From the human T2T-CHM13v2.0 reference genome, Homo sapiens, in NCBI RefSeq assembly GCF_009914755.1, contig NC_060943.1: a DNA stretch of 64,000 bases; one strand, 5' to 3'. The stretch's first letter is position 1, and each line of letters begins with the position of its first letter. Of the stretch, positions 46,076 through 64,000 are shown piece by piece. Below the pieces are notes generated by a model that was not told the origin of the DNA, made no database searches, and was given only the letters and a program-made list of their open reading frames with translations. The position numbers and the translations under genes were made by a program.

Positions 46076-46521
46076 CTACAAGAGTGAAACTCTGTCCCCA
46101 CCCCCCCACAAAAAAAGATAAAATAAGTAAATAAATAAAATAAAAAAAAAAAAACAAAAGCTGTGCTTGCACTAGAAGATTGCATTGGCTAAAACAAGTC
46201 ACGTGACCAAGCCCAGCATGAATGGGGCAGGACATATACTCCACTCACCTGAGCAGAAGGCACTGAAGAATCATATGACAAAGGGTACAGGTATATAATT
46301 CTAATTCAGGGAGGAAGTGGAGAATCAGAACACATACCCAGTCTCTACCAGATTCATGCTATGTAGAGCTGATTCTGGGTGATGAAAAGAAAACACAGCA
46401 TTAGGCTGGGCGTGGTGGCTCATGCCTGTAATCCCAGCACTTTGGGAGGCCGAGGGGGGTGGATTGCTTGAGCTGAGGTGTTTGAGACCAGCCTGGGCAA
46501 CATGACGAAACCCTGTCTCTA

Positions 46522-46758
<237 letters not shown>

Positions 46759-47030
46759 TCAACTCACACAGTGAGGAGGTTCCTTTCGGTTCTATTTCAA
46801 CCTTTTGCCTTATGGCCTCAGGGGGACATGCTCAGTGGGGTGCTACTGTGTCCTGAACACTTTGCTAATCTTCCTTTTAAACAAGTGGAGAAGATGTCTC
46901 AGGTTGAGAGAGTTGGGTGGGAGTTGGTGTGTAGACACAATTTAATAACACACTACTGCTTTCACAGTGGTGTTTGTATGGATGAATACCTTTATGCCAG
47001 GGATGCTGTTTGCCCTTTATAGCAACATGA

Positions 47031-47180
<150 letters not shown>

Positions 47181-47417
47181 TAACATTTTTTTAAGAGATG
47201 GGGACTTGCTGTGTTGCCCAGGCTGCTCTCAAATCCCTGAGTGCAAGCAGTCCTCTTACTTTGGCCTCCCAAAGTGCTGGGATTATAGGTGTGAGCCACT
47301 GTGCCCAGCCATAAAGTTTCTTTGAAAGAGAACCTGGGCCAGGTGCAGTGGCTCATGCCTGTAATCCCAGCACTTTGGGAGGCTAAGGCGGGTGGATCAC
47401 TTGAGGCCAGAAATTCA

Positions 47418-47654
<237 letters not shown>

Positions 47655-48051
47655 CTAATCTAGAACATGAACCAAGAGTTATCATTAGCCCAATTTTGGG
47701 CCCTAAAGTCCAAGGGAAAAAATATTAAGTAAATGATATTATAAGGAGATAATGCACTTTTCTTTTCTTTCTTTTTTCTTTTTTTCTTTCTTTCTTTTTT
47801 TGAGATAGGCTCTCACACTGTGGCCCAGGCTGGAGTACAGTGGCATGATCATAGCTCACTACAGCCTCCTGAGTAGCTGGGACCACAGGTGTGTGCCATC
47901 ATGCCCAGCTAATTTTTTAACTTTTGGTAGAGATGGGGTCTCTCTTTGTTGCCCAGGCTGGTCACGAACTCCTGGGCTCAAGTTATCCACTTGCTTCAGC
48001 CTCCCAAAGTGCTGGGATTACAGGTATGAGCCACCATGCCTGGCCTGCACC

Positions 48052-48281
<230 letters not shown>

Positions 48282-49012
48282 TGATCTTGAACTCCTGACC
48301 TCAGACGATCGCCCATCTCAGCCTCTGCAAGTGCTGGGATTACAGGCGAGAGCCACCACACCTGTCCTGCAGCAGTTTTTTAAGTACAGAAATGGACCAT
48401 ATAAACTGGCATATTGCTGTTGCCGTGAGTCCCCTTGGCTGTCCTGGCACCTCGCCTAGGTGCCCCTGGACCTCCACATAATTCATCAATTAAAGGCTTA
48501 ATGCTGGGCCCAGCAGAGGGCCCAGTGCTAGTGCTGTTCTGAGCGGTTGGTGCTCAGATACTTTGCATCCTAAGTATTAGTACTGGCCGGGCACTGTGGC
48601 TCACGTTTGTAATCCCAGCACTTTGGGAGGCCGAGGTGGGTGGATTGCCTGAGGTCAGGCGTTTGAGACCAGCCTGGCCAACATGGAGAAACCCTGTCTC
48701 TACTAAAAATACAAAAATTAGCCGGGTGTGGGTGCGCATGCCTGTAATCCCAGCTACTTGGGAGGCTGAGGCAAGAAAATTGCTTGAACCTGCAAGGCTG
48801 AGGTTGCAGTGACCCGAGATGCGCCACTATGTTCTAGCCTGGGCAACAAGAGCGAAACTCGGTCTTAAAAAAAAAAAAGAAAGAAAAAGGAAAAGAAAAA
48901 ACAAAAAAACCACTAAATATTAGTACTTCCCACCTGTGCATGAGACAACTGCAAATGGCAGAAATTGGGGCAAGTCTAAAATCCTGGACTGGTTTCTTGC
49001 CCAGCTGCCCCT

Positions 49013-49320
<308 letters not shown>

Positions 49321-49985
49321 TAGCTGCTCTATTGTCCACAGGGGCCTGGCTATGCCTGCCCCAGGTGCACTATCCCTGCAGATGGGATAGCTCTCTGTGT
49401 GCCTGTTGCTTCTGGGGTGTTGGAGAAAACCCAGTTGTGTGTGCAGGGAGATAGAGCCGGGTGAGTCCAGGTGGAAAGGAAGGAGGCAGTGTCGCAGGGA
49501 TGGGCCTGTGAGGGTGCAGTTGGGGAGGGTCAGTTTCATTCAGTTGCCAGTTACTCCCTGGAGACCAAGCCCTGCCTTGGTTGATACAGGGGACCCTGGC
49601 TCAGGTTTTGAGTATTGCCCTTTCTGGGGGAGATACAGCAGGGTGCAGACATTCCCAGGCGTATGGAATCAGGAATGGGCTAAAGGGAGAGACAGGGGCT
49701 GGAGTAGCTCCAATATGGAGAGGAATGCAGGGAGGGCTGCCTGGAGGAGGGAATGTGGGAGGTGAGGCTTGGAGTGTGGAAGTGAAAGAGTGAGCATGTT
49801 TATGGAGTAGAGCCTCAGGATGCAGATTTTGAAAGGCCTTGAGTGCCAGGTGATGGCGCTTGAACTCAATCCTGGGGGCAGCAGGGAGCCAAGGTAGGTG
49901 TTTGAGCTGAAGAGGAGCAATGTCAGATCTGCGAGTAAGAAAGATCCCTATGTGGCCAGCTTGGCAGCCAGAAAGAAGATGATAG

Positions 49986-50372
<387 letters not shown>

Positions 50373-51706
50373 TGATTGTTAATTCATTAGGGCAGAAAAT
50401 ATTTATTGAGCACCTACTGTGTGCCAGAGTGTGTGCTGGGCTCTGAAAATAGAGGATGATACTGTCTTTGCCTTTACAGGGCTCACAGTGAAGTTTTGGG
50501 GAAGACAATAAGCAAATAAATAAGATTTTGGGTATTGATACATGCACAAAAGAAAGAAAAACTGGGCCAGTTCCGGTTTACAGGTGCAGTGGCTCACACT
50601 TGTAATCCCAGCACTTTGAGAGGCTAAGGTGGGAGAATCGCTTGGGCCCAGGAGTTTGAGACCAGCCTGGGCAACACAGCGAGACCCCCCATCTCTACCA
50701 AAAAGGAAAAAGTTGGCCCAATGTGGTGGCTTGTGTCTGTAATCCCAGTGCTTTGGGAGACCAAGATGGGAAGATTGTTTGAGGCCAGAAGTTCCAGCTC
50801 AGCCCAGCCTGGGCAACACAGTGAGACCCCATTTCTAAAAAAAAAAAAAAGTTAGCCAGCCATGGTGATGCACATCTGCAGTGCCAGCCACTCGGGAGGC
50901 TGAGGCAGGAGGATCGCTTGGGCCCAGCAGTTTGAGGCTGCAATGAGCTATGGTTATTTATTTATTTATTTATTTGAGACTGGGTCTTGCTCTGTTGCCC
51001 AAGCTGGAGCGTGTGCAGTGGTGCGATCTTGGCTCACTGCAACTTCTACCTCCTGGGTTCAAGAGATTCTCCTGCCTCAGCTTTCTGAGTAGTTGGGATT
51101 ACAGGTGTGTGCCACCATGCCTGGCTAATTTTTTTGTATTTTTAGTAGAGATGGGGTTTCACCATGTTGGCCAGGCTGGTCTTGAACTCCTGAGCTCAGA
51201 TGATCCATCTGCCTTGGCCTCCCAAAGTGCTGGGATTACAAGCGTGAGCCACCGCGCCCAGCCTGCAATGAGCTATGATCGCGCTTCTGCACTCCAGCCT
51301 GAGTGAGACTCTGACTCTAACAAACAAACAAACAAACAAAGACAGACAAACAAACAAAAAAAAAGAAAAACAGGTGGAGGGGGCACTTTAGCTCGAGTGG
51401 ATATGAAAGGCCTTGCCGAGGAGATGTTTGAGCTGAGAACTTAGGGGATGAAGGATCAGGGAGAAGCCTGTTCTAGGCAGAGGAAACAGCAAGTGCAAAG
51501 GCCCTGAGGTGGAATCTCACTGGTGCGTGTGAACAACAGAAGGAGGCAGGTGTGGCTGCATTGCAGGAAGTGCAAGGTGGAATGGAAGAGGTGGCCCTGG
51601 GGTGCTCCCCATCCATCTTTACTGACCCCCAGAGGCTCAGGGAAGGGGGCCAGGCTGGGATGTCTGGGGCAGCCCCCAGACTCATCTCCAGGCTGTTCCT
51701 CCCTAG

Positions 51707-51789
51707 GTGTACAACCCCTACCGCTTTGACCCGGACAACCCACAGCAGCGCTCTCCACTGGCCTATGTGCCCTTCTCTGCAGGACCCAG
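51707..51789 (+). CDS. CYP4F22: Exon 13
   Basis: ccctag/GTG...AG/gtaacc; VYNPYRFDPDNPQQRSPLAYVPFSAGP; 83 nt. Confidence 0.96.
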
Positions 51790-52326
51790 GTAACCCCTCT
51801 ATTTCCCCTAGTCCAAGCCAGCTGTGTAGGAACAGAGGCAGGGAAAGATCAGGAATGTGCCTCTCAGGAGCAGAGATCAGATGGCACCCAGGCGTCCTTT
51901 CTGAAGACCCAGCACCCTCTCCCCAATGCGCCAGGAGGCCCCCAAATCAGACTCTGCAATAGCATCCTGGGTATTGAGCACCAACGGTGTGTCAGGCCCT
52001 GAGTTCTGGGCTCCCACGCTCCCATTGGCTCTATGATGCCTTTGTCCCCGTTTTTACAGATGAAGGAACTGAGACTCAGAGGGGGCGCTGTGTATCCGGG
52101 ACACACAGCTAGTAAGAGGCTGTACTGGGATTCAGACACTCAACCCCAAGGTCACATTAATTGAGCGATCCGTGGGGTCTCACTTTAACCCTCACCCAGC
52201 GTGGGGTTTCACTTTAACCCTCAGCCAGCCCAGGATGCTTGCTTCATTTTCAAAGGAGGCATGTGACCCCCGGGGACCAGTGCTCACACAGAAGCTGGGC
52301 CTGAGCCCTGTCCCCTCTTCCTCCAG

Positions 52327-52504
52327 GAATTGCATCGGACAGAGCTTCGCCATGGCCGAGTTGCGCGTGGTTGTGGCACTAACACTGCTACGTTTCCGCC
52401 TGAGCGTGGACCGAACGCGCAAGGTGCGGCGGAAGCCGGAGCTCATACTGCGCACGGAGAACGGGCTCTGGCTCAAGGTGGAGCCGCTGCCTCCGCGGGC
52501 CTGA
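52327..52504 (+). CDS. CYP4F22: Exon 14 coding part (heme Cys, stop codon)
   Basis: ctccag/G AAT TGC; [23 protein letters not shown]...PPRA, TGA at 52502-52504; 178 nt. Confidence 0.97.
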
Positions 52505-53179
52505 GCGTGGGCGCGCCCCTGCGGCTCCCGAGGGTCCAGGCCCCGCCCCCAAAGGACCAGGACTCGCCCCAAAGATCCCGAGGGCATAGGCCACCCCCCT
52601 CGAAGTTCAGGTTCAGCTCCTGGATGACCAGGCACCGCTGTTGAGCAGCCTGGTGGTACTGGCCACGCCCCTCAAGGCAAGGCTCCGCCCCTTAGGGGGC
52701 CTGATCCCGCCCCTTGAGGCTTAGGTCCCGCCCCCTGACTTCTCGCACCTGTCCTGTTTGAGGGAACAGGGTCGACCCTGCCCCCTTGGGCTCAGGCCCC
52801 GCCCCCAGGATCCTACGGATTGAGGTCCTCAGGCCACGCCCCTGCAGATCCAGGTCTCCAGGCCTTGCCCACTGAGCCTTCAGAGGACCTAAGACCCACC
52901 TATGACTCAGGGCCCACCACACCCCACCCCCCCCCAACTGGCTGAACCCCTGGAAGGCTTCCAAACTGAGGAAAGCTGGAGCCTGACGTCAGAGCTTTTA
53001 ACTCGGACATCACCCTCCTGAGGCCCTCAGCTCATACGGGCAGACTGCTCAGGCGTGAGGCTGGATCGTAGGGTTCGAGGCTGCTTGCTTTTGTTGTTGT
53101 TTTGTAAACTCAGACCCTTGTAAGCCCCTTCCTTCCTCCCTTGCCCAAAGATCCTTTGCTGAGTGTTCTGTTTTTGCAG

Positions 53180-53185
53180 AATAAA
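53180..53185 (+). terminator. CYP4F22: Polyadenylation signal of CYP4F22
   Basis: First AATAAA after the stop codon, preceded by U-rich sequence. Confidence 0.85.
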
Positions 53186-54157
53186 AGCAAAGGATGCAGA
53201 CTTACCCCACCCTCCACCCCTAGCTCAGCCAGATCCTTACACGTGGAGCCCCCAGCATGGGAATGAGGGGCTCTGCAACTGAGCGAAGCTGCGGGCTAGG
53301 AGGCTGGAAAGCCATTTATCCTAGGACATAAACTCAGATTTTGGGGGTCAGTTTGTGTGTTCATTTATTTCATCAACAGATCACATATTGTTTGCTGGCA
53401 CTGCTTCAGAACCACAGGCAGGCCCTGTTTTCTGCCTTCTTAGGGGGTGGGGGACAGATGTTGAACAAATAATTCCACGTGTAAAGGTTTATTTACAACC
53501 CAGGACAGGTGCTCCAAAGGAGAGGCCCCGGGTGCTGGATGAATATAGCAGAGGGATGGGGATGGGTCAGGGAGAGCTTCTCCGATGCTGGAATGGAAGT
53601 TGAGTGGGTGACAAGGGGAGGGAAGAGTATTCCAGGCAGAAGGAACAACATCTGAGAATACCCTGAGCTGAGGGAGAACAGAGTGTGTTTGAGGAACTCA
53701 CCAGGGGCCAGGTGGTTGGATCTGGGAAGTGGGGGCAGAATGAAGGAAGGGGCCAAATGCACAGGCTTTATGCTGAGGGCAATAGGGAGCCATGGAGAGT
53801 GTGTGAGCGGGATCAGGACAGGACATGGCCAGATCTAGGGCTGGCAGGGAGGTGACTTGCGGGGTTGGGACCCTGGGAAAGAGGGAAGCTGAGGTCCAGA
53901 CAACAGGAAGGGCCAGGATTGGGGTGACTATCTAGCAGTGGGGGCTGAGGGGAGGGAGGTGGTAAGGGTGATGCTCAGGTATTTGGCTGAGGGAACTTGA
54001 TGGTAGAGTAGTCCCTGATATGGGAATATAAAAGATGGGGGCCAGGCGTGATGGCTTACACCTGTAATCCCAGCACTTTGGGAGGCTGAGGCTGGAGGAT
54101 TGCTTGAGACCAGGAGTTAGAGACCAGCCAGGGCAACACAGTGAGACTCCATTTCTA

Positions 54158-54358
<201 letters not shown>

Positions 54359-54533
54359 TCAGCAATTTTATACATATAAAATGCTACACTAAAGGAAAAT
54401 GATACTGCTATTATACCACATATATAATATATATATATGCACTATATATGCCATCATTATATATATAGTGGTGGTATAATAGTGGTATCATCTTCCTTTT
54501 AGGTAGCATTTGCCTGTAGACTATTTCCATCTA

Positions 54534-54855
<322 letters not shown>

Positions 54856-56128
54856 TTAATTTACCAAATATTTCTTGGGCAATCTGCCGTGAGACAGGCA
54901 CTGTTTGAGCCCTAGGTTCCCAGAGTTTACCTCTAGGGAGGAGATATGATAAATGATAAATAAGTAAAGAAAGAAGTAAATTCACACAGGGCCTTTTCTG
55001 TGACTTTTTTTGTGACAGAAATGGGGAGTTCTGAGCAGAGGAGGGACAAGCTTTGTCATACGAACTTTTTTTTTTTTTTTTTTGAGACAGGGTCATGCTT
55101 TGTTGCTCAGGCTGGTGTGCAGGGGTGCAACCATAGCTCACTGCAGCCTTGGCCTCCTTGGGCTCAAACGATCCTCCTGCCTCAGCCTCCTGAGTAGCTG
55201 GGACCACAGGCACACACCACCATGCCCAGCTAAGCTTTGTATTTGTTATCGAGACGGGGGTCTTACCATGTTGCCCAGGCTGGTCTTGAACTCCTGGTCT
55301 CAAGCGATCCTCCCACCTCAGCCTCCCAAAGTGCTGGAATTACAGGTGTGAGCCACCATGCCAGGACTTCCACAGGACTTTGTGTGCTCTGTTAAACAGA
55401 GACAGTGTGAGCAAAGATGGGACTAGGCAGATCAGTTAGGGGTGACTGCATTCGTCCAGGTGAGACATGATGGTGGCTTCAACCAAGCCGGGGTCTTTAG
55501 ATGTGATCAAGAGCAATTGGATTCCAAGGAGGAGTGACTGTTCACAAAGGCAGTGCTGTCAGGCTTGGTGGTGGATAAAACGTGAAGTTTGAAAGAAGTG
55601 GGGGACACTAGGTTTGGGCTTGAACATCTGGAAAAATGGAACTGCCATCAGCTGACGTGGGGAATGCTGAGTGGAGTAAGTTGTTTTGTGGGAGATGTCA
55701 GGATGTCAGTTTTGGTTCAGAGGAATTGGACATGTCAGTCGAATAAACGGTTCTCCAATTCAAGAGTTTTGGGTTGGGCATGTATATTTGGGAAGCCTTA
55801 GTATAAATATTTTATATATTTTTCCAAAAGCTAGTGAAGCGATTTCAAATGGGGGTGATTTTTCCTACCAGATGACATTCGTTGTTATTTGGAAACATTT
55901 TTGGTTGTCACAACCGGTGGTTACTATTTGCGTCTAGAGGGTAGGGACCCAGCACTCTGCTAAACATTCTACAAGACAAAGGATACCTAGCTCAATAAAA
56001 CAAGTAATTATCCAGTCCCAAAGGCAACAGTTCTGCTAATTAAAAACCATGAACTGGAGAACCAAAACAAAAAAAACAAAAAAAAAAAAACAGAAAAGAA
56101 AGCAAAACTTTAAGACTGGGTGAGATCT

Positions 56129-56155
56129 CATGTGTGCGTGTGTGTGTGTGCGCAC

Positions 56156-56207
<52 letters not shown>
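56129..56207. repeat. (TG)n-(CG)n-(TG)n alternating purine-pyrimidine tract
   Basis: Direct reading. Confidence 0.93.
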
Positions 56208-56210
<3 letters not shown>

Positions 56211-56258
56211 GAGTAAGGGCTTAAGGGAGCCCTGGGGGTGGTCTCCAAAGTTAACCTA

Positions 56259-56387
<129 letters not shown>

Positions 56388-56469
56388 TTAAAATACAAAA
56401 AATTAGGGCAGGGCGCGGTGGCTGACTCCTGTAATCCCAGCACTTTGGGAGGCCGAGGCGGGCGGATCA

Positions 56470-56788
<319 letters not shown>

Positions 56789-56849
56789 TTATTATTCCGT
56801 TTAACAGAGGTAGAAACTGAGCCCCCGAATGAAGTGACTTACCCAAGAT

Positions 56850-57450
56850 CATTCGGTGCGGCCTCAGCGCTGGCGCTGAGTCCTCTTCTGCCCCACCCCT
56901 CAGGCTCCCAGTCCTGGTCTAGATCCCTAGCCACGTAGCGTAGAAGGGGGCGTCGACGGGGGTTGGGCTAGAGTTGGAGCGGGGAGGAGATGAGCTAAAG
57001 CGGGGCTGGCTGTGCGAGAGGCAGTAGCAGCGGCGTGTGTCCTGGGGCGCCCCCCGGTGGCCTGTGCTGGGGTCGTCGGCCGGGATCCCCTGTTCGACGT
57101 ACTCCGGGGCTGAATGGGAAACAGACAGTCCCAGACCCTACGTGAGCCACCCGGATCTTGCAGGTGCTGCCTCTCCTACACCCCGCTCCCAACCGAGGGT
57201 CTCCAAGAGCGCATCCTTTGCCAAACATCTCCTGGGCCCTTTTCGGCGCAACCTCGCCATCCACTAGCAAACGAAGTTAGCCTTGAGATCCGACATATGT
57301 GGGCTCAATCTAGGCTCTTCCTTCCTAGGGGCGGCCTTGGGCACGTGACTGTCCCTCTCTGCACCTCGGCTTTTTCTTGTCATGCGAATAGTCCGGTATC
57401 ATCATGCTTGTAATGCACACTGAGTTTCCGCCAAGGGCCACGAGGGTGAA
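56850..57450. promoter_or_regulatory. CpG-rich non-repeat island downstream of CYP4F22
   Basis: Clearly elevated CpG density outside Alus. Confidence 0.55.
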
Positions 57451-57889
57451 TAAATGAGAATGAGAAGGGGAGGAGTAAGGTCCCTGGGTCCCCGGAGCCC
57501 TGTTACACGTACTGCAAGTGTAATTCTCAAAACACCGAAGTCTGGTCCTGTCGCTGGCGGCTGTGGGACCTCCTTCCTCCTGAGTGTGAAGAACGCTCCC
57601 TCTGCTGGACAATTTGGAGATCCATTCTCTATTCGTTCAATTTTGTGTCCGTGCACGTTTGAGCGTGCATGTGTGACCGCGTATGTGTTTGGGTGCATTT
57701 GGGTAACAGTGTGTGCATGTGTTGTAGTGTGCACACGAGTGTGTGTAAACGTGTATGTGTCGGTGTGACTGTGTGTGCGCATATGGATGGGTGTGTTGGA
57801 AGGAGAGGAGAGGAGAACTCCACTCACTGAGTCACTGTAACTATCCACACACACCAGGCTGTGTTCCTGCTCATGGCTGGAGCCACTGT

Positions 57890-58320
57890 CAGAGCCCTTG
57901 CCTCTGTCCCCAGGTCTGACCTGTGCGGTGCAGGCAGGACATTCTGGAGAAATCATGCCCTTGGAGGAAGCTGTCAGTAATGACTGGTGGGTATTGGTGG
58001 ATAAATACCCCAGCTCCCTCTCTCTGGGGGTGAAGACTCCCTTGTTCTGGGAGGTGCATGTTCTATTCTGTCTCCCTGAGGTACTAGGCAGGGCTGAGCC
58101 CTAGCTACCCACAGTGGAAACTTCCTCAATAAAGGTCCCTTTAACTGCTGCTGCCTTCCCTTCCCCATCCCTCTTCTCCATTGCCCTAATTGTGTTTCCA
58201 GGGATCACCTCCCAAAGAAACAACAGGCAGTTGAACTCTTGTCTTATGGTCACCCTCCTGATAGAGGATTTGCACTCAACTCCTTGTATTAAGGTCTAGT
58301 TCCAGGGAACCCAAATTAAG
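57890..58320. mobile_element. LTR16-like ERVL LTR
   Basis: ttggtggataaataccccagctccctc...gggatcacctcccaa motifs. Confidence 0.6.
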
Positions 58321-58984
58321 ACACACATGTGTGCTGGCTCCTCCAATCCCCAGAAGCCTGTCAGTGTGCGCTTTTATTTTTTTTTTTTTTTACCAACGAT
58401 GAATGTGAGGCTCAGAGAGGGCAAATCACTTGCCCAAGGTCACACGGCAGTGAGGGAGTGGCAGAGCCTGGCTTTGACTATGGGCTGTCTGACCACAAGC
58501 TGGGTGCTCACTCCTCTCCTGACAGCCTCCTCCCTCCTCAAGGACATGGAAGGAGCAGGGAATAAGTTATAAGTGTAAAATTTGAAAGGGAAATTCTTCC
58601 GCTTTCTGCTTCTGCTTCTACCTCTGGCCCAGCAGTTTGGTGTGCTCTTTTTTCAGTTTTTAAAAATTAAAAAACGTTCATATATATATGAACGTTTTCC
58701 AATGTATATAAAAGCATTTATGCACACGTTACCGGGTTTTTTTTGTTTATTAAAAAAATTTTTTTTTTGGAGACAGGGTCTCACTCTGTCACCCAGGCTG
58801 GAGTGCAGTGGCATGATCTCGGCTCACTGCAACCTCTGCCTCCTGGGTTCAAGTGATTCTACTGCCTCAGCTTCCTGAGTAGCTGGGATTACAGGCACAC
58901 CACCATGCCTGGCTAATTTTTTTTTGTTATTTTTAGTAGATATGAGGTTTCACCATGCTGGCCAGGCTGGTCTTGAACTCCTGA

Positions 58985-59203
<219 letters not shown>

Positions 59204-59552
59204 TAGAGATGGGGTTTTACCATGTTGCCCAGGCTGAACTGGAACTCCTGGATTCAAGTGATCCGCCTATGTTGGCCCCCCGAACTGTTGTGATTACAGG
59301 CCTGAGTCACTGCACCCAGTCCATTATCAGTTTTTTGATGACTCCAAACTTGTTGGGAAATATATCTGTTTCAATTATCTATTATTGTATATTGAACTAC
59401 CAGGAAACTTAGTAGGTTAAAACAATATACAGGCCAAGCTCGGTGGCTCACGCCTGTAATCCCAGCACTTTGGGAGGCCGAGGCTGGCGGATCACCTGAG
59501 GTCGGGAGTTCGAGACCAGCCTGACCAACACGGAGAAACCCTGTCTCTACTA

Positions 59553-59711
<159 letters not shown>

Positions 59712-60020
59712 TCAAAAAAATAAAAAAGATATACAAGTTTTTTTTTTTTTTTGGTATGTGTGTATGAACTCCTATCTGTATCAGAATATATACAACTTTT
59801 AGTTTGCTCACAAGTTTACAATTTGGGCAGGGCTCAGCCAGGATGGCTTTCTCAGTCCTACACAGCATCAGTGTGGGCAGCTCATTTGAGGCTGGAAGAG
59901 ATACTTTGAGGTGGCTCACTCTCATGGCTGGCAATTTGGTGCTTCCTATTTGCTGGTACCGACTTCCTGCCTCGGCCTCTCAAAGTGCTGGGATTACGGG
60001 CATGAGCCACAATGCCCTGA

Positions 60021-60374
<354 letters not shown>

Positions 60375-60568
60375 TAAAAAAATAAAGTTTATTAAAAAGA
60401 AAAAGAAGAGAGGAAATCACTGAGTAACATCGAGTAACATGCTCTGGTGGTGGTTCCTAGCTCTTGTGTGACCTCTGAACTTTTCCAAAGTTCCCTTCTA
60501 GGATTTCTGTCTCCCAATCCAGTTCATCTGGTCTTCTGTCACCCGGGCTGCAAATGTGGCAGTTATAG

Positions 60569-60877
<309 letters not shown>

Positions 60878-62267
60878 TAAATTTACTTTTTCAGAGATAG
60901 GGTCTCGCTGTGTTGCTGGTCTCGAACTCCTGGGGTGAAACGATCCACCTGTCTTGGCCTCTCGAAGTGTTGGGACTGCAAGCATGAGCCACTGTGCCTG
61001 GCTGGGTTTTGAGTTCTTGAGAGTGTTAAATGAAACTTCAACACTGGCTTCTGGTGTGAGCGTTGGGTGAGATTTCATCGGTCACCACATGGGTCTCCAG
61101 TGCACCCTGCTTCTCCTGCATCTCTTGGTTGCAGGCACCCCTCTAGCTCTGATTATCTCAGTGCATTTGAGGATGGAAGTGAGAATGAACATGTGTGTCC
61201 CACCTGGTGCTGGGTCTTTATACAGTGGCCCTTATGCAGAGCCCCCTCCTTTATGTCATTCAGGTTCCTGCTCAAAGGTCTCCTCTTGGGACATTCCTGC
61301 CTGATCACTGAGTCCAGAACAGCCCCCTCAGTCGCTGTCTAGCTTGTCTCATTCTGTTAATTTCCCATAAGAGAAGTGGCATGTCACCATCACCATGCAC
61401 TATTGGTTAAGCAACTTGAGTAGCTTGGGACCTCAGCCTCCCAAGTAGCTGGGACCACAGGCATGTGCCACCACACCTGGCTAATTTTTTTGTATTTTTG
61501 TATTTTTTTTGCAGAGATGAGGTCTCACTGTCACCCAGGCACTATAGGTTAAGCAACCAATAGTGTGTGGTGGAGGTGGTGACATGCCACTTCTGTTCTC
61601 AATCCCAGGCCAGTCCAGATTCAAGGGGAAAGAAATTAAGCTCTCCCTCTTGCTGAAGACAGTGACAAAGACTTTGTGGCTATCACCTTTAAGGGGTCTG
61701 GGTTAGAATCTGAGATTCTGCATTTCCAAGATGCTGCTGATCCAAGGACCACATCTTGAGTGTCCACTTCTTATAGCTCATGGCTAGAAAAGTCCCTTTC
61801 TTCCCTAAATATTTAATGAGCACCTACTACGTGCCAGGATTCATTTTCACCCATGCTAATGTTTAATTACTTCATTGTGTGGCTGGAGCAAGTTTCGGCA
61901 CCTCTCTGTTTTTGATTTTCCCCCTCCCTCTTCTCCCCAGACCTAGCTGGGCACCTACCCTGTTGCCTCCCACCTACTCCAGGGGGCCCTGGCCTTGCCC
62001 CTGGCTCGTCTGTGGGGTGGACCAGGTGGAGCCACCCCAGTAGAGAAGAAGGAGAATCTGTACATCTCAGCTTGCTGGCAGCTCCAGGGCCCTCCAACGT
62101 GCTCTAGGACCTGAAGCTGGATCAGGCAGGGCTACATGGTATGTAGTTAGCTCTTAGTGGGGGAAGGAAATTTTGGACATCTCCCCAACATTCGATCAAT
62201 TACAGGAGGAACACCTATCCTGATTTTCTCATTCAGCAGCTCCATCCTTCAAACTTACTCTCATCTT

Positions 62268-63953
<1,686 letters not shown>

Positions 63954-64000
63954 CTATCTAGTTTCCTAATCCTCACTGCTGTGCATGCAGATAAATCTGT

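Noticed and set aside
57055-57110. GTTCGA B-box-like motif suggesting a tRNA or Pol III gene
   Set aside because: No cloverleaf stems or convincing A box and terminator.

Overview
Human (primate) genomic DNA, very Alu-dense, containing the complete CYP4F22 gene on the + strand. It has 14 exons from ~9518 to ~53205: two non-coding 5' exons, then a CDS at 26372-52504 in 12 exons that sum to 1596 nt (531 aa + stop) with all splice phases consistent. Intron 1 holds a 5'-truncated STAU1 processed pseudogene on the - strand, broken by Alus and a solo ERVL-type LTR; a 326-bp piece of it is re-copied 7.4 kb away. The most unusual signal, found by eye and unverified, is a colinear series of decayed protein motifs on the + strand from ~7.7 to ~13.1 kb. 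They resemble a Tx1-clade non-LTR retroelement (ZCCHC3-like ORF1 with three degenerate zinc knuckles, then RT/C-terminal ORF2 motifs) and lie across the CYP4F22 promoter and exon 1. Other oddities: a transposon-chimeric UTR exon, a 30-bp-periodic CCAAT array, a GC-box/CRE cluster in the 3' UTR, an Alu-Alu recombination duplication and several inverted-repeat scars. Most ORFs in the supplied track are Alu, L1 or microsatellite artefacts. Repeat family names are from visual recognition, not RepeatMasker.
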